Of a stretch of DNA of 64,000 bases, positions 34,305 to 48,764 are shown in pieces; position 1 is the first letter of the stretch; each line of letters starts with the position of its first letter. Source of the DNA: the human T2T-CHM13v2.0 reference genome, Homo sapiens. The stretch lies in the NCBI RefSeq assembly GCF_009914755.1, contig NC_060929.1, one strand, 5' to 3'. The notes under the pieces are model-generated. The model saw only the letters and a program-made list of their open reading frames with translations, had not been told where the DNA came from and made no database searches. The position numbers and the translations under genes were made by a program.

Positions 34305-37170
34305 TCTAAACAATTTTTAAAATTGAGATATAACTTATACATAGTAAAGTGCACAAATCTTACATGTATATCTCAATAAATTTTTATATATGTATCCACT
34401 CATGTAACCAACACTTGGTTCAATATATAGAATATTGAACTCGAAGGTTTCTTGCTCCTTTCAGTCCATAACCCATCTCCTTAATGAGATAATCACTCTT
34501 CTGTCTTCTACCTCTACTGATTGACTCTATTTATTAGTTTTTAAGCTTTATTTTAATGAAATCATGCAATATGTACTTTTGTATCTGTTTTTTTTGCTCA
34601 ATTTTTTTGAGCTTCATTCCTGTTGTTGCATGTATAAGGCTCTCTCTGTCTCTCTTTCTCTCTCTCATAGAGTACTGTTTGTGTGAATATGCCATAATTT
34701 ATTCATTCTCCTATTGATGGGAGTTTTGATTGCTTGTGTCTTTTGGGTGCTATGAATAAAGATACCATGAACGTTCTTGAATGTATTCTTCATTAACTAT
34801 ATGCACTAGTTTTTCTTTGGTATACCTAGGAGGAGAAATGCTGAGTCATAGGTTGGGCTTTTATTTAGTTTTAGTACTGTGAAAACATTTTACAAAATGG
34901 TTGAATAATTTACCTAACATTAGCAATTTATGTTCATTCCAGTTGCTAGATATCCTTACCAAATGTTGATATTGTGAGTCTTTTATTTCAGCCATATTGG
35001 TAGTTATTTAATGGTACCACCTTGTTGTTTTATTTTTTATTTTCCTGATAGGCAATAATGTTAAGTGCATTTTTATGTGCTTCTTGGCCATCTGTTTATG
35101 AAGTATCTGTTTACATTTTGCCCATCTGTTTACATCTGTTTACATTTTGCCCATTTTGTTTTTTTCTTTGTTGATTTATTTTTTCCCTTACTGATTTGAA
35201 ATTCTTTATATATTCCATATATAAGCCTTTTTAAGCTATATATATTACAAGTATTGTTTTTAAGCTATATATATTACAAGTATTGTTTTCCAGTCTGGAG
35301 CTTGCCTATTTACTTTCCTAATGATTAATTTTGATGAACAGAAGTTCTTAATTTTCATGAAATCCAATTTATCATTTAAAAAATGGTTACTGTTTTCTGT
35401 TTTCCATTAAGAAAATCTTTGCATAACTCAGAAAAGATGTATGTTTTCTTCTAGAACTTGATTATTTTCATTTTTATATTTAGGCCTATAATCCATCTTG
35501 AATTAATTTGAGGTATGGTTTGAGGTGAGTGATATGGATTTTTTTGATAGTTTATTTCTCTAGCAATAGTTATAAAATATACTCTTCTTCCCTGCATTAA
35601 ATTACAATGGTGCTTTTGGTTTATATCAAGTGACAATGTATATGTGAGTTTATTTTGGATTCTATTGTGTTACATTGTTCTATTTAGTCTTATCTTTCAC
35701 CAATATAATAGTCTCTTATTTGTAGATTTAAATGAAACCTTGAAGTGGTAATAAAAGTTTTCTTTATTTTTCTTCTAAATAGTCTTAATTATTTTTGGTA
35801 TTTTGCATTTCCATATATACATTAGAATAAATTAGTATTGTCCTTTCAGTGGTTATTCTAGAAACACAAAATATATCTTTGGCTTACTACAGCCTACTTA
35901 TGCTTTCAACACATTCCAAACCTTGTAACAGTTTAAATCCATTTACCCACTTCACTATTTTAAAATTTCTTTTTAAGTCTTCCAATTTATAAACCTCACA
36001 AACATCATTATTAATTTGCCTTTCTTTTACACTTATAAATTATCCATAGACTTTACACTACAGTTGATTCTTTCTTGTACTTTTGTCTTTCTATCTGTGA
36101 TTATTTTCCTTCAGCCTGAAGAACTTCTTATAGTACTTCTTGTAGTAAGTCCGTTGATTTAAAATTTTCTCAGCTTTTGTCTTGGAACGTGTATAATTCA
36201 TTCAAACTTGAAGGATATTTTCAATGAGTGTAGAATACTAGATTGAGAGCATTTTAATCACTTAAAAGGTGTTATTCTGTTGTCTCCTGGTTTCATTGTT
36301 TCAGTTAAGGAATCAACTACAACCCTTATATTTGTTCCTCTCAAGAAGATAATGTGTTTCTTCTAAGCTTTTTTCTCTTTTAAAATAAACTTTATTGAAG
36401 TTTAAATTCTATACAATGAAATGTACTTTCCTGCTTCTTTACCTATCCAGGAATTTTTGCTTATATGCTAGACATTACAGATATTTTAATTTGATGATAA
36501 TGTTCTCTTCCTCATTCAAAATTACTAATGTATCACCTTGATTCTGCGAAAGATGGGTTCCAGGTTTTGTTCTGACAGGTCAGTTTCAATGTTTTGCCTA
36601 GTACTTGATCATAATGCTATTCCTATGGCATGGTTCTTATTTCTAAGTCATGATATTTTTAAGGTCTCAACACAGTATTCACAAAATACTCTCCTCTCTG
36701 GTTGAGCCAGATATCTACCTTCTCCCAAGCATTGCATGACTTCTGAAATATTTGTTCAACTCTCAGCATCCCAGAAGCTGTTCTTTCATAGGCCTCCTGG
36801 AATCTTTTCCTGCACACATGTAGTTCAACACAGCCAAAATCCCAAGAGTTTCTACATAACCCTTTGGGGTTCCTTTGTGATTATCTTATATCTCGTGCCC
36901 TGCCCTCTACCTCCAAATCCTAGCCACTTTAGCAATCCTGAACTCTCATGCCTAGAAAACTGCCACTTTTTGAAAAGTGCTCTCAGAGAAAAGGTGGGGC
37001 TCACCTTATGCGGTTTTCTTCTTTCAAGGTTTGTACCCCTGTATTGATTTCTGTCTAATTTCTGACTGCAAACTATCATTCTATATATTTTATCCAGTTT
37101 TATGGTTGCTTACAGAAGGAGGGTAAGTCTAATGCCAGTGACTCTAACATGGCTAGAGCAAGAAGTTCTG
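34305..37170 (-). mobile_element. L1ME-type LINE, diverged (3' end plus internal/5' pieces)
   Basis: aattgagatataacttatacatagtaaagtgcacaaatctt is an L1ME 3' end; track ORF 35451-35636 (INSRWIIGLNIK) is an ORF2 remnant. Confidence 0.75.
35228..35285. repeat. Perfect 29-bp tandem duplication
   Basis: tttttaagctatatatattacaagtattg x2, zero mismatches. Confidence 0.95.
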
Positions 37171-37199
37171 AGACATGGGTAGTGAAGAGATTTCCTTGG

Positions 37200-37750
37200 T
37201 TTCTTTCTTGAAAAAAATTGGAGGGGTGTCAAGGAAGAATCAATGAGATCAGTTAGGTGATAATTGCAGTAAGCCAGGTAAGAGATGACAGTGGTTTGTC
37301 CAGAGTGTTAGGATTAATGTGGTAGGACATGGTCAAATTCTGAATCTATTTTGAAGATAAAGATGGAAGGATTTTTCTGATGGACCTGATGAGGGGTGTG
37401 AGAGAAACAATGGGGTCCATAACGGCCTAAAAGATTTTAACCTATGCCGCTGGAAGAATGAAGTTGCTATTTATTGAGAGGTAAAGACTGCAGAAGCTGG
37501 TGCTTTGGAAGGAAATACTAGGAGCTTAATTTGGACCTATTAAATTTGAGACACCTATTAGACATCCAAGTGGATAGGCCAAATAGATAGTAAATATGGT
37601 TCAGGAGTTCAGGAGAGAAGGTGGGCGGGTGACACAAATTTGAGGCTCATCAGCATATAGATTCCATTTAAAGCCATGAGGCTAGGCACAGTCTCCAGAG
37701 AAATAAGTAGATATATAAAAACAAGAAGTTGAGGTGTTAAGCCTTGGTAA
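37200..37750 (-). mobile_element. L2a LINE continuation
   Basis: cagttaggtgataattgcagtaagccaggtaagagatga...aaatttgagacacctattagacatccaagtgga. Confidence 0.8.
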
Positions 37751-38143
37751 GACATTTATTAATAACTTAATTATATGCTTTATAAAGGTGAATTTAACTT
37801 AATAAAAGTCATCTTATAGGCAGCCTAATGGGGAATGGTGGTGGGGAGAATCCCTATTTACCCAGAATCCATTAATTTTTATGTAAATTTAGATACTGCA
37901 TACTGACCAGTTTTCTGAACACTGAAACACCAAGTTCCCATCCTTGTGTGAGACTATAATTATAATTTAATCCTAACATTCCAAAATAATGAAAACCAAC
38001 CTAGATCAATGTAACAAATTTTGAAGACATTTTGTCTAAAACTATTTTGTGTGTCATGAGGATACACACATAAAAAAAGAGTAAAAATCATTTATGGTTA
38101 CTGATGACATTGGAGCTTATAAAATGGCACAAACTCAATTTTT

Positions 38144-39309
38144 TTTGCCTTTAAGTTTTTTTTTATTATTTTACTTTAAGTTCTAGGGTAACATGTGCAC
38201 AACGTGCAGGTTTGTTACATAGGTACACATGTGCCATGTTGGTTTGCTGCACCCATCAACTCATCATTCACATTAGGCATTTCTCCTAATGCTATCCCTC
38301 CCCCAGTGCCCCATCTCCCAACAAGCCCATGTGTGTGATGATCCCTGCCCTGTGTCCAAGTGTTCTCATTGTTCAATTCCCATCTATGAATGAGAACATA
38401 CAGTGTTTGGTTTTCTGTCCTTGTGATAGTTTGCTGAGAATGATGTTTTCCAGCTTCATCCATGTCCCTGCCAAGTACATGAACTCATCCTTTTTTATGG
38501 CTGCATAGTATTCCATGGTGTATATGTGCCACATTTTCTTAATCCAGTCTATCACTGATGGACATTTGGGTTGGTTCCAAGTCTTGGCTATTGTGAATAG
38601 TGCCACAATAAACATATGTGTGCATGTGTCTTTATAGCAGCATGATTTATAAATCTTTTTGTATATACCCAGTAATGGGATTGCTGGGTCAAATGGTATT
38701 TCTAGTTGTAGATCTTTGAGGAATTGCCACACTGTCTTCCACAGTGGTTGAACTAATTTACACTCCCACCTACAGTGTAAAAGCCTTCCTGTTTCTCCAT
38801 ATCCTCTCCACCATCTGTTGTTTCCTGACTTTTTAATGATCGCCATTCTAACTGGTGTGAGATGGTATCTCATTGTGGTTTTGATTTGCATTTCTCTGAT
38901 GACCAGTGATGATGAACATTTTTTCATGTTTGTTGGCTGCACAAATGTCTTCTTTTGAGAAGTGTCCGTTCATATCCTTTGCCCACTTTTTGATGGGATT
39001 GTTTGATTTTTTCTTGTAAATTTGTTTGAGTTCTTTGTAGATTCTGGATATTAGCCCTTTGTCAGATGAGTAGATTGCAAAAATGTTCTCCCATTATGTA
39101 GGTTGCAAAAATATTCTCCCATTCTGTAGGTTGCCTGTTCACTCTGATGGCAGTTTCTTTTGCCATGCAGAAGCTCTTTAGTTTAGTTAGATCCCATTTG
39201 TCGATTTTGGCTTTTGTTGCCATTGCTTTTGGTGTTTTAGTCATGAAGTCTTTGCCCATGCCTATGTTCCGAATGATATTGCCTAGATTTTCTTCTAGGG
39301 TTTTTATGG
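38144..39309 (-). mobile_element. L1PA6-like LINE, 5'-truncated (~1.15 kb)
   Basis: ORF2 C-terminus (track ORF 38373-38942), L1PA6-type 3'UTR, TSD atggcacaaactcaattttt (38124-38143 / 39306-39325), internal 28-bp duplication at 39070-39125. Confidence 0.93.
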
Positions 39310-40014
39310 CACAAACTCAATTTTTAAAGAGATGCCCTACTAATCATATGAGTAATTGACCCTTCTTAGTGTTATACATTTTCTGTTTTGGAAGAGCACA
39401 TTATGGCTCAGCTCAATTATATTTTTAAAAACAATACATAAGGTGAGAAATGCTATTTTCATAGCTTGAAAAGGCTAAGCTTTAGAATTTCCACCTATGA
39501 AATCAATCCAATTGCTTGCATATTGCAGTGTGACTTCCATTCTTGGTTCTGTTCTTCATCTTTCGAACTTGTTAAGGGATGATAATCTGAAACTGCAGCC
39601 AAAAGCCTGAGACAGCTCATAATAAAAATGGTTGATTTTTTTTGCCTCAAATATATTATCTGATTTTTCTCTAAGGATAATGGAATAGATTTCAGACCAA
39701 ATGCTTCAGCTGGTCCCATGAAGTAAAACCTTTTCGTGGCCACCACAAGGCTCTGCATTACCACAGCCCAGTTTTTAGAGGTGGTCTGGTAGAGGGATCA
39801 TGGGAACACAGCAGAGCCAAGAGCTTGTAGGAAAAACTTTGTGTAATATTGAAGTTTTTACTCACAACTGTAAATCACAGTGAAAAATGTGTAAAGGTCA
39901 GAACATGAGAAGAATTCAAGATATTAATCAAATACGAAGTGGTCATCTTAATGGTGAAACAGTGCAAAGAGGAATGCAGTCATCATGAGAAAGCTGTGGA
40001 AATTAGGACATTTA

Positions 40015-40335
40015 AAGCTATAGCCATTTTGTTATGTAAGAGAATGTCTATATTCTAAGAAATATACATTAAACTACATAGGGGATAAGGGACATGATGT
40101 ATGCAACTTACTCTCAAATGACTGAAAAATAATTATATAGATATTTAGATACAGACAGACATAGAGACAGACAGTGACAGAGGAGAAAGGGAGAGAGAGA
40201 GAGAAAGGGGATAAGGAATGGAGAGAAAGAACCACAAAATTGGTAAAGTGGACAGGGACAATATGTTAACAATAGGTGACATTCTTACAGCTTTCTTGAA
40301 TGTTTGAAATTATTTCCACATTCAAAGTAGGAAAA
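40015..40335 (+). mobile_element. L1MC4-like 3' end fragment
   Basis: ttatgtaagagaatgtc...gggacatgatgtatgcaacttactctcaaatg...tgttaacaataggtga...gtttgaaattatttcc. Confidence 0.7.
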
Positions 40336-40337
40336 AA

Positions 40338-40378
40338 GCACACACACTTGCGCGCACACACACACGTGCACACACACA
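40338..40378. repeat. Imperfect (CA)n/(CG)n alternating purine-pyrimidine tract
   Basis: cacacacacttgcgcgcacacacacacgtgcacacacaca. Confidence 0.85.
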
Positions 40379-41096
40379 GAGCAATTAATCTTGAGCGTTG
40401 CTGCCTAAGTCACATTGCTCTAGCATCATTCCTCCCCGAGGCCTAACCACCTCAAGAATGTCTTTGGTATTTGTCCAATGACCAAGCTCCTCATGATTCT
40501 TCCAGGGCATTAAAGAATGTCAGTATCAGCCTTCCTTTTTCACCCCCTGATCCTTTCTCTGAAGGCCATGACTCCTATAACTTCAGACAAATATATCACT
40601 TAATACAAACCTGGAGGACAGAGGCTGCCCCTCTGAGGCCGCAGAACTCAGCTGCCGAATGTGCCATTTGTCAAAGTTCTGCTGGGGGACTCGGCCTCTC
40701 AGCACTCGTACCCCCAAACTTTCAGGGTCCTATTGTGGACCTTCCTTGCTTAGCCAGGTATCTCTGCTAGTGGACCGGAGAGTAGAAGTGGCCCTCCGCC
40801 CCCTCTCTTGGAGGGGCAGTTCTGAATGCCATGTGATGTGTCCTCTTCCATGTTTTCCAGAAGGAGAAAATTTGTGTCAGATTTTACATTCACAGAAATT
40901 GATGTCCTGGAATCTAGAAGGTCAAGTTATAGCTGTTAATTGGCTCACAGATTTACTTTGAAAGAGGCCAAAGAATCGTAATATGTTTACGTAAACTATA
41001 ATGGCATGTTCAAAAATTGAACTATTCAATGCAATAACATAAGAGAATAATTAAGGCAATGTAGAAGAGTGAGAGGAGGCTCAGAACAGGATGACA

Positions 41097-41290
41097 CTGG
41101 GGCCTCTCAAACATTAAGGTGCATGCCATCGCCTTAGGGATCTTGCTAAAATGCAGCTTCCAACTGGTGGTGTTGGAAACTTCTGCATTCAGCTTCCAAC
41201 TGGTGGTGCTGGTAGTCTGAGGTGGTGCCTGAGCTTCTACATTTATGACCAGCTCCCAGGTGATGCCAGTGATGCTGGTCCCTGGATCAG
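41097..41290. mobile_element. MER5A hAT MITE with internal 23-bp repeat
   Basis: gggatcttgctaaaatgcag...agctcccaggtgatgccagtgatgctggtcc; cagcttccaactggtggtgYtgg at 41154 and 41190. Confidence 0.75.
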
Positions 41291-41800
41291 TCAACTCAAT
41301 AAATGTATGGAACTTCTTCCATAAACAAGATACTGTGCTGGGCATAGAGGGTGATGGGTGTGTAGGATAAGAAGAAACATAAGACATAGATTTGTTTTTA
41401 AAAAGGTGTCATTCCAGTGAGGGACACAAGCATTTTAATATGAATATCTTCTTAAAGAGCTAATAATATGTTGCCATATTTACTCACTTCATTTATTCAG
41501 CTACCCATTTAATAAATATTTAATGAGTACCAACTTGAGTGCCCATCACTGTTCTAGATGCTGTGTATATGGTAGTGAATAAACAAGGGGACCCTACTCT
41601 TGTTTATGGATATATGTAATTTACAAGCTGATGATAAGTGTTTTGGGAAAAATATAAAGCAGATTAAGGGTACAGAGGAGAGAAAGGGTGAAGGTGGTAG
41701 TATTTGAGGTAGGATGGTGAGTGAGGGCCTCTCTAATTAGGTGGCATTTGATTAGAGGCAAGTGGATATATGGGAACATTGAACATTGTGTTCTAAGTTC
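41290..41800 (-). mobile_element. L2 fragments
   Basis: aataaatatttaatgagtaccaac...cactgttctagatgctg...gtagtgaataaacaa...gagggcctctctaattaggtggcatttga. Confidence 0.65.
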
Positions 41801-42325
41801 TGTGTAGGATCAGGAGATCCAAGGAAGAATCCAGTCAATGGGGAAACAAACATTAAATGGGAAATTCCAACATAATTAGATAACTGTTATAACCAGGCCA
41901 TCCATAACTAAGTGCCAGGTATTCATAGTGGATACTCAATATATATTTACTGGATGAGTGAATAAATGAAATAATGTTAGAAACAGTGGGGAAAAAAAAG
42001 AAAAAAGGAATCCAGAGGAAGGAAGACAGTAATTTTGAGTGGGATAGTCATTTTCCAACTGGGCTCTGCTTTCTCTGGGGGTTCTGTGAGGCCACACTCC
42101 TGGGAAGCTGTGGGGTAATGGGGAGAAGTGAAGAGGATGGATTAAGTGGGGCTGTGGGCCTTCTACTTACAGTTTAACAGAGGTTTTATCAGCTTTATCT
42201 ATTGGGTGTCCAGAGAGGATTACAGAGCAAAGGAATCTGCAACTTGTAAACATTGAAAAAGCACTGAACTGGGAGTCAGGAAATGTTTTTTCAGAGCACT
42301 GAAGAGGGATAAAATTGGAAGTAGA

Positions 42326-43659
<1,334 letters not shown>

Positions 43660-43801
43660 AAAATTGGAAGTAGAAATCAAGGGCCGGGGAAGAGAATAGC
43701 ATTCTGATGCTGTGATACAAAGTGGGGGCCATCCACATCACGTGTTTCACCATTTTAACCAAAGCTGAACCTGAAAAAGACTATGGTTTCAGGAAGGGTG
43801 G

Positions 43802-44444
43802 TGATACAGGAGCTAAAAAGAAATTATTTAGGCAGTTAGTGAGGGTAAGAGAGTCTTTGGTAAGGCTTCCATTTTAACGAAAAGCAGCCCAAAATTATTT
43901 CTTTTCTGACAAAGAGCACCCTGTAAAATCAAGCTGCAGATATAGATAAGCAAGCTGGAAGCTTTCGCGGGTGAATGCCGGCAGCTGTGCCAATCGGAAA
44001 AGGCTACCTGCGGGCCAGGCATGTTCAACACGGCAGCTCCATCTCCCCTTTTCCTTGTCAACCATGTGTATGGTAAGTAACAGACAACATGGCACCAGCC
44101 ACGAAGAGAATCCATTTGCATAATAAAAAGATTAGGGTGGGGTGGCCAGCTTCTTATGCGTGCTATGCAAATGGCACACCTAGTCCGACCAATCTCCCGG
44201 GCCCTATGTAAATCAGACACTGCCTCCTCAAGCACCTCTATAAAACCCCATGCATTTCACCACGAAACCAGAAGACCCACTCCGGAGCCTGCCTCTCTGC
44301 AGGGGAGAAAGCTTTTGTCTTCTTTTTTCTCTCACCTATTACACCTCTGCTCTTAAACTCACTTCTTGTGTGTCCGTGTCCTCAAATTCCTTGGCATGAG
44401 CTGACGAACCTTGGGTATTACCCCAGAAGAATGATGCCACTTCA
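43802..44444 (+). mobile_element. LTR9-family (ERV1) solo LTR
   Basis: tgatacaggagctaaaaagaaattatttaggcag...gccacttca, TG...CA ends, 4-bp TSD gtgg (43798-43801 / 44445-44448); octamer, CCAAT and TATAAAA present. Family name from recalled consensus. Confidence 0.8.
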
Positions 44445-44804
44445 GTGGGAATGGAAAAGGGTTAAAGATTAGGGTAGGGTGGCCAGCTTCTTTGCATGCT
44501 ATGCAAATGGCACACCTGGTCCGACCAATCTCTCGGGCCCTACGTAAATCAGACACTGCCTCCTCAAGCTCATCTATAAAACCCCATGCATTTCACCACA
44601 AAACCGGAAGACCCACTCAGGAGCCTCTCTCTCTGCATGGGAGAAAACTTTTCTGTTCTTTTTTCTCTCGCCTATTATTACACTTCTGCTCTTAAACTCA
44701 CTTCTTGTGTGTCTGTGTCCTCGATTTCCTTGGCACGAGCTGATGAACTTGGGTATTACCCCAGAAGAATGATGCCACTTCAGTGGGAATGGAAAAGGGT
44801 TAAA
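44127..44804 (+). repeat. ~337-bp tandem duplication of the LTR 3' half plus TSD and flank
   Basis: aaagattagggt... starts at 44127 and 44464; both copies end ...gccacttcagtgggaatggaaaagggtt. Confidence 0.95.
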
Positions 44805-45717
44805 TGCACTTTGCTTACTTGTCTAAAACCACACCAAACCAACAGCTCTTGACCCCAGTTTAGGGTTAGAAAAGCCAAGTGAGCTTAAGGCACTTGCTTT
44901 GCTTCCCTGCCATTGCCATGAACACGTCTATGAGGGTTGCAGAGAATGACAATTATCAAAGGCCTGTAAACATTCCTTCCATAACTTTTTATCTTAAAGG
45001 AAAATGGCTTGTTTTGGGAAATAGTGAAAAGGGCCAAAAGGGAAGTTGAATGTGGACAGTGTAAGTTTATGCATTCCAAGAAACCTGAAATGAACCCACT
45101 ATTCAAGCAACACAGCTCTCTGTATTCCTTCAGCTTTATCAGGGCATTTTTAAGATTCTGTCAAATGTCTTTTTACTACAATGTCTGTAAGGGAGAAGAC
45201 ACAATAAAGCCCTCAACAGAGACTGTTGAGGAATCTCCAGTCACTTGTGCTTTTGTGATTTGCCTGATATCCACATAATTATCTAATTATATTTGAATAT
45301 CTTTTGGCTAAATGTGGACTTTCAGAAGTCACAGCAAAATATGTTTTATCTGCCTAATTTATCATTAAATCAGAAGAGTTAGGTAGGATGAACATTACCC
45401 AACACCAAAGAGTAAACTTGTGGTTCCAGAGATTACTAAGTCATACAGCAGGAGGAAATTCAATTGTTCAGGACAGAACTGCTCTTTGAACTCTGAAGCA
45501 GGTATGTTCCTATAGTCAGAATGAATACTGTTTGGTGATCAACCCAAATCCTTTACAGACACAAACATTTTCTCCTATAAAGAGAACACAACTACACAGT
45601 ACAGCTTATGTTAACTTAGCCTGATATTATCCAAGACCAATAAACATCTGGCCAAAAAAGAAGTCACTTTTGCTACCAAATTTGTACCTTCACTTTCCAT
45701 GTGAGTTCTGGTCATAC

Positions 45718-46422
45718 TGTTACAGTAGGTAGCTAGGCAGAGATGAGCAGGGCAGGAGAGGGCTCCCCCAACCCCACCAGGATTGTTAGGCAACCATCAG
45801 GTGATGGTCAGGCCATTGTTAACTGTCTCTCTAAAATAACTGGTCACAGCCAGCACCAGGGAGGAAAGGCAGTCTCCTAATAGATAGAACAAATCTGAAA
45901 CTGGTGATTAGCAGCTTCCTGATAAGATCTCAGGAGCTGGGCAGGTGGGCTTAAGCATGAACATTAAAAGGCAAAATGGCGGTGTTGAACTGGTAAATGG
46001 CCTTCTAGGGACATTCGACTGGTAAGGGAAGAATGTCTCAAGTGAGCATGCGTACAAGTCTAGTAAACACACTGCACATGCTCACCAGCTAAATGCAGCA
46101 GACCACTGTGCATGTGGACAGCCCACCCCAAGGGAAGAATCAGGGGAGAAGGGATGCAAGAACCCAGAAGTATGCCCACACATAAAACCCCAAGTCAAAT
46201 GTCAAATGGTGCACTTGTCTTTCAAGTCGCCCACTTGGTCCTCTTCCAAGTGTACTTTTATTCCTTTCACTCCTGCTCTAAAGCTTTTTTAATAGACTTT
46301 CACTCCTGCTCTAAAACTTGCCTGTCTCTCCATCTACCTTCTGCCCCTCAGCTGAATTCTTTCTTCTGAGTAGGCGAGAACTGAGGTTGCTGCAGACCCA
46401 TATGGATTTGCTGCCAGTGACA
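45718..46422 (+). mobile_element. MER50 (ERV1) solo LTR
   Basis: tgttacagtaggtagctaggcagagatgagcagggcaggagaggg...ccatcaggtgatggtcagg...tgaca; 4-bp TSD atac / acac. Confidence 0.88.
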
Positions 46423-48764
46423 ACACTTACCTCAGATTGGGTGGTATAATCTCATATGACAGTCAGTCCTGGAACTGACATTCATTCCTAGACTAGTCTA
46501 ATTCTTGTTATCTCTTATCTGCAAAAATGGCGAGTTGACAATAGAGTTTGAGATAAACATGTAAATGTTTGTATTTAAACAAGATACACAGTTAAATATA
46601 CCAGCCCCATGGACACTGCTGGTCAAATTTTAGGTTTAGTATACTGCAGCAATGAGTTTTGAGATATATACTGGCTTTGAGATACTGTGGGAAAAAAGCC
46701 ACGTAGAAAGTCAAAGGCAGCAGGCACTTCCAACGCATCTGGATTTTTTTTTTTCATATAAACTTTAGTCTTAGAATGAATTTTCCTGGGGAAGCGACTA
46801 GCCAGAAGCAATTTCAGGTGGAAAAACATTTGCTTACAAGGAAAGTTTCAGCAGAATCATGCTGGTTGAATGGAGAAGGATGAGATTTAAAGATTAATCC
46901 AGTTGAGTTTATTTATTTTTTTTTTACAGACGAGGAAGTTAGAGATGCAGGACAATTAAGTGCCTTACTCCAGATCACATGATCTGATAGGGACTAGGAA
47001 AGAACTAGAAACCAATATATCCTCAATACCAATTATTTTTGTATATGTCACAAGTGTCCATTTGTAATCATTTCTCTGTAGCCTTATTGAGGAATCTAAA
47101 AACAGAAGGATTAAAAATGCTACTTATCTTATTTGCAGGTCATGATGCAGATACATTTGCTTGGTGGACAAGACTAGTGATCATTCTTTCAGGACCACTT
47201 GAAAGCCCGAGATGGTTTCTTTGCAACTTAGATCCATTTATGTGTTTGAGTCTTGAGTTTTAGATACATGTAGAAAAATGCTTATTTGCAAAGGATGTGT
47301 CCAAAAGCACCTGTACTATAGTTAGAGGATTCCTTAGCTTAACCAAAGGCTTCGGAGAACTTTATCACTAACATTCTAGGTGACCTTGCCTAAGTTAGCA
47401 GACCTCTCTATGCTTTCTTTCTACCTGTAAAATCAGGCACCATGTAGATTAACAGAATGAGGATGGTCATAAAGTTTCTGAGGCTATACAAGTTGTTGAG
47501 AATGATAGAAACTGACCTATGTGTTTGTGGCAACAATGTGCATAATTTAGGACATAAATTGTTTAATGCAACCATCTTTAAGATTGCCTTAAAAAACTGG
47601 AAAGGCTCTTCCTGCTCAATCCCTGAATGTTCCACCCATAGGCTACATTCCATTAGGGTCCCATTTCCTTTCCTTCCCTTGCTTATAGCTTACTACATCT
47701 TTGTTAGGGTAATTTGTTGAAAGGAGATGGTCCTTCAGGAGCTTTGCTTCAAGGGACCCAACACTGGGTAGCCAAGTGCCCTCATCTCCTTATCCCTTAG
47801 AGTTCCTCCTATTTTAGGGAGACTAAGTGAATGCCACCCACAGGGCAAGGCAGAAAGAGCACCAGTGCCACCACCTGGATGCAGGGAGAATGAGGCAACA
47901 CATAAAAGAAAAGTCTACCTGTCCAAGGGGGAGCAAGCTATCTTGCTTGATTCTTTGCCCTTCTGTTTTCATTTTCTTATCGTAATTTTTTTTGTCTTTG
48001 TATTTGTAATCACTTCTTTTAACATTTCCTACACATATGTGCTAATGATTTCTCAGTATCATCTACAACTCCCCTGCTTATGAAAGGGTCCAGAGAATGG
48101 TGAAGCACCCCACCCTAAGCCGGGAGATGAAGGAAACTAGAATTAGGTCATCCTTTGGAGAATGCATCCAACAGGCTTGATGCCTAGATGCAGGTCTACG
48201 TGTCCTCCTGAATATACAGGAAAAGCCTCTTTGTGAAGGTCTTTTTCATGCTGCCTGAGGTTCTGTTAAGTTCTATCAAATCATTAGCTACGAAATCAAG
48301 AAGACAGGGTCAGCGATTTTCTTGTTCTATGAAGAAAGACAGACAATATGGAGCATAGTAGTTGCCTGCCTCGTGACATGTGAGCCATGTAATTAATGAT
48401 CCATGATACAAGGTTCTATACCATGTGATATAATTCGTAGACTAATCAGGGATTTAGGGTAATTGACTACAAATGTTCCTTAGAGTAAGAAATAGTCAGA
48501 GAGACCAAAAAATCCTTCCCAAGTGGACTTTATTTCCTTAGAGACTTTCCCCTAGACGCTTACTTCTAAAGATCCCTAGGTTATACAGATAGTTATGCAA
48601 GTCATTATAGATTACCCACCAGGAGTCAGGCACTGCTCTTGGCACCAAAAATGAGAAAAGGAACCAACTAAGTTTTCTAAATTAAGGTTAGTTTTTGTTT
48701 TAGTGGTTTAGTTACCTATTTCTGATGCAAAGTACTCATTTTTAGTGAACCATTTCAGGTCTCC

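Noticed and set aside
40790-40825. Possible CTCF site (ccaagagagggggcgg on the - strand)
   Set aside because: Spacing does not fit the CCASYAGRKGGC core.
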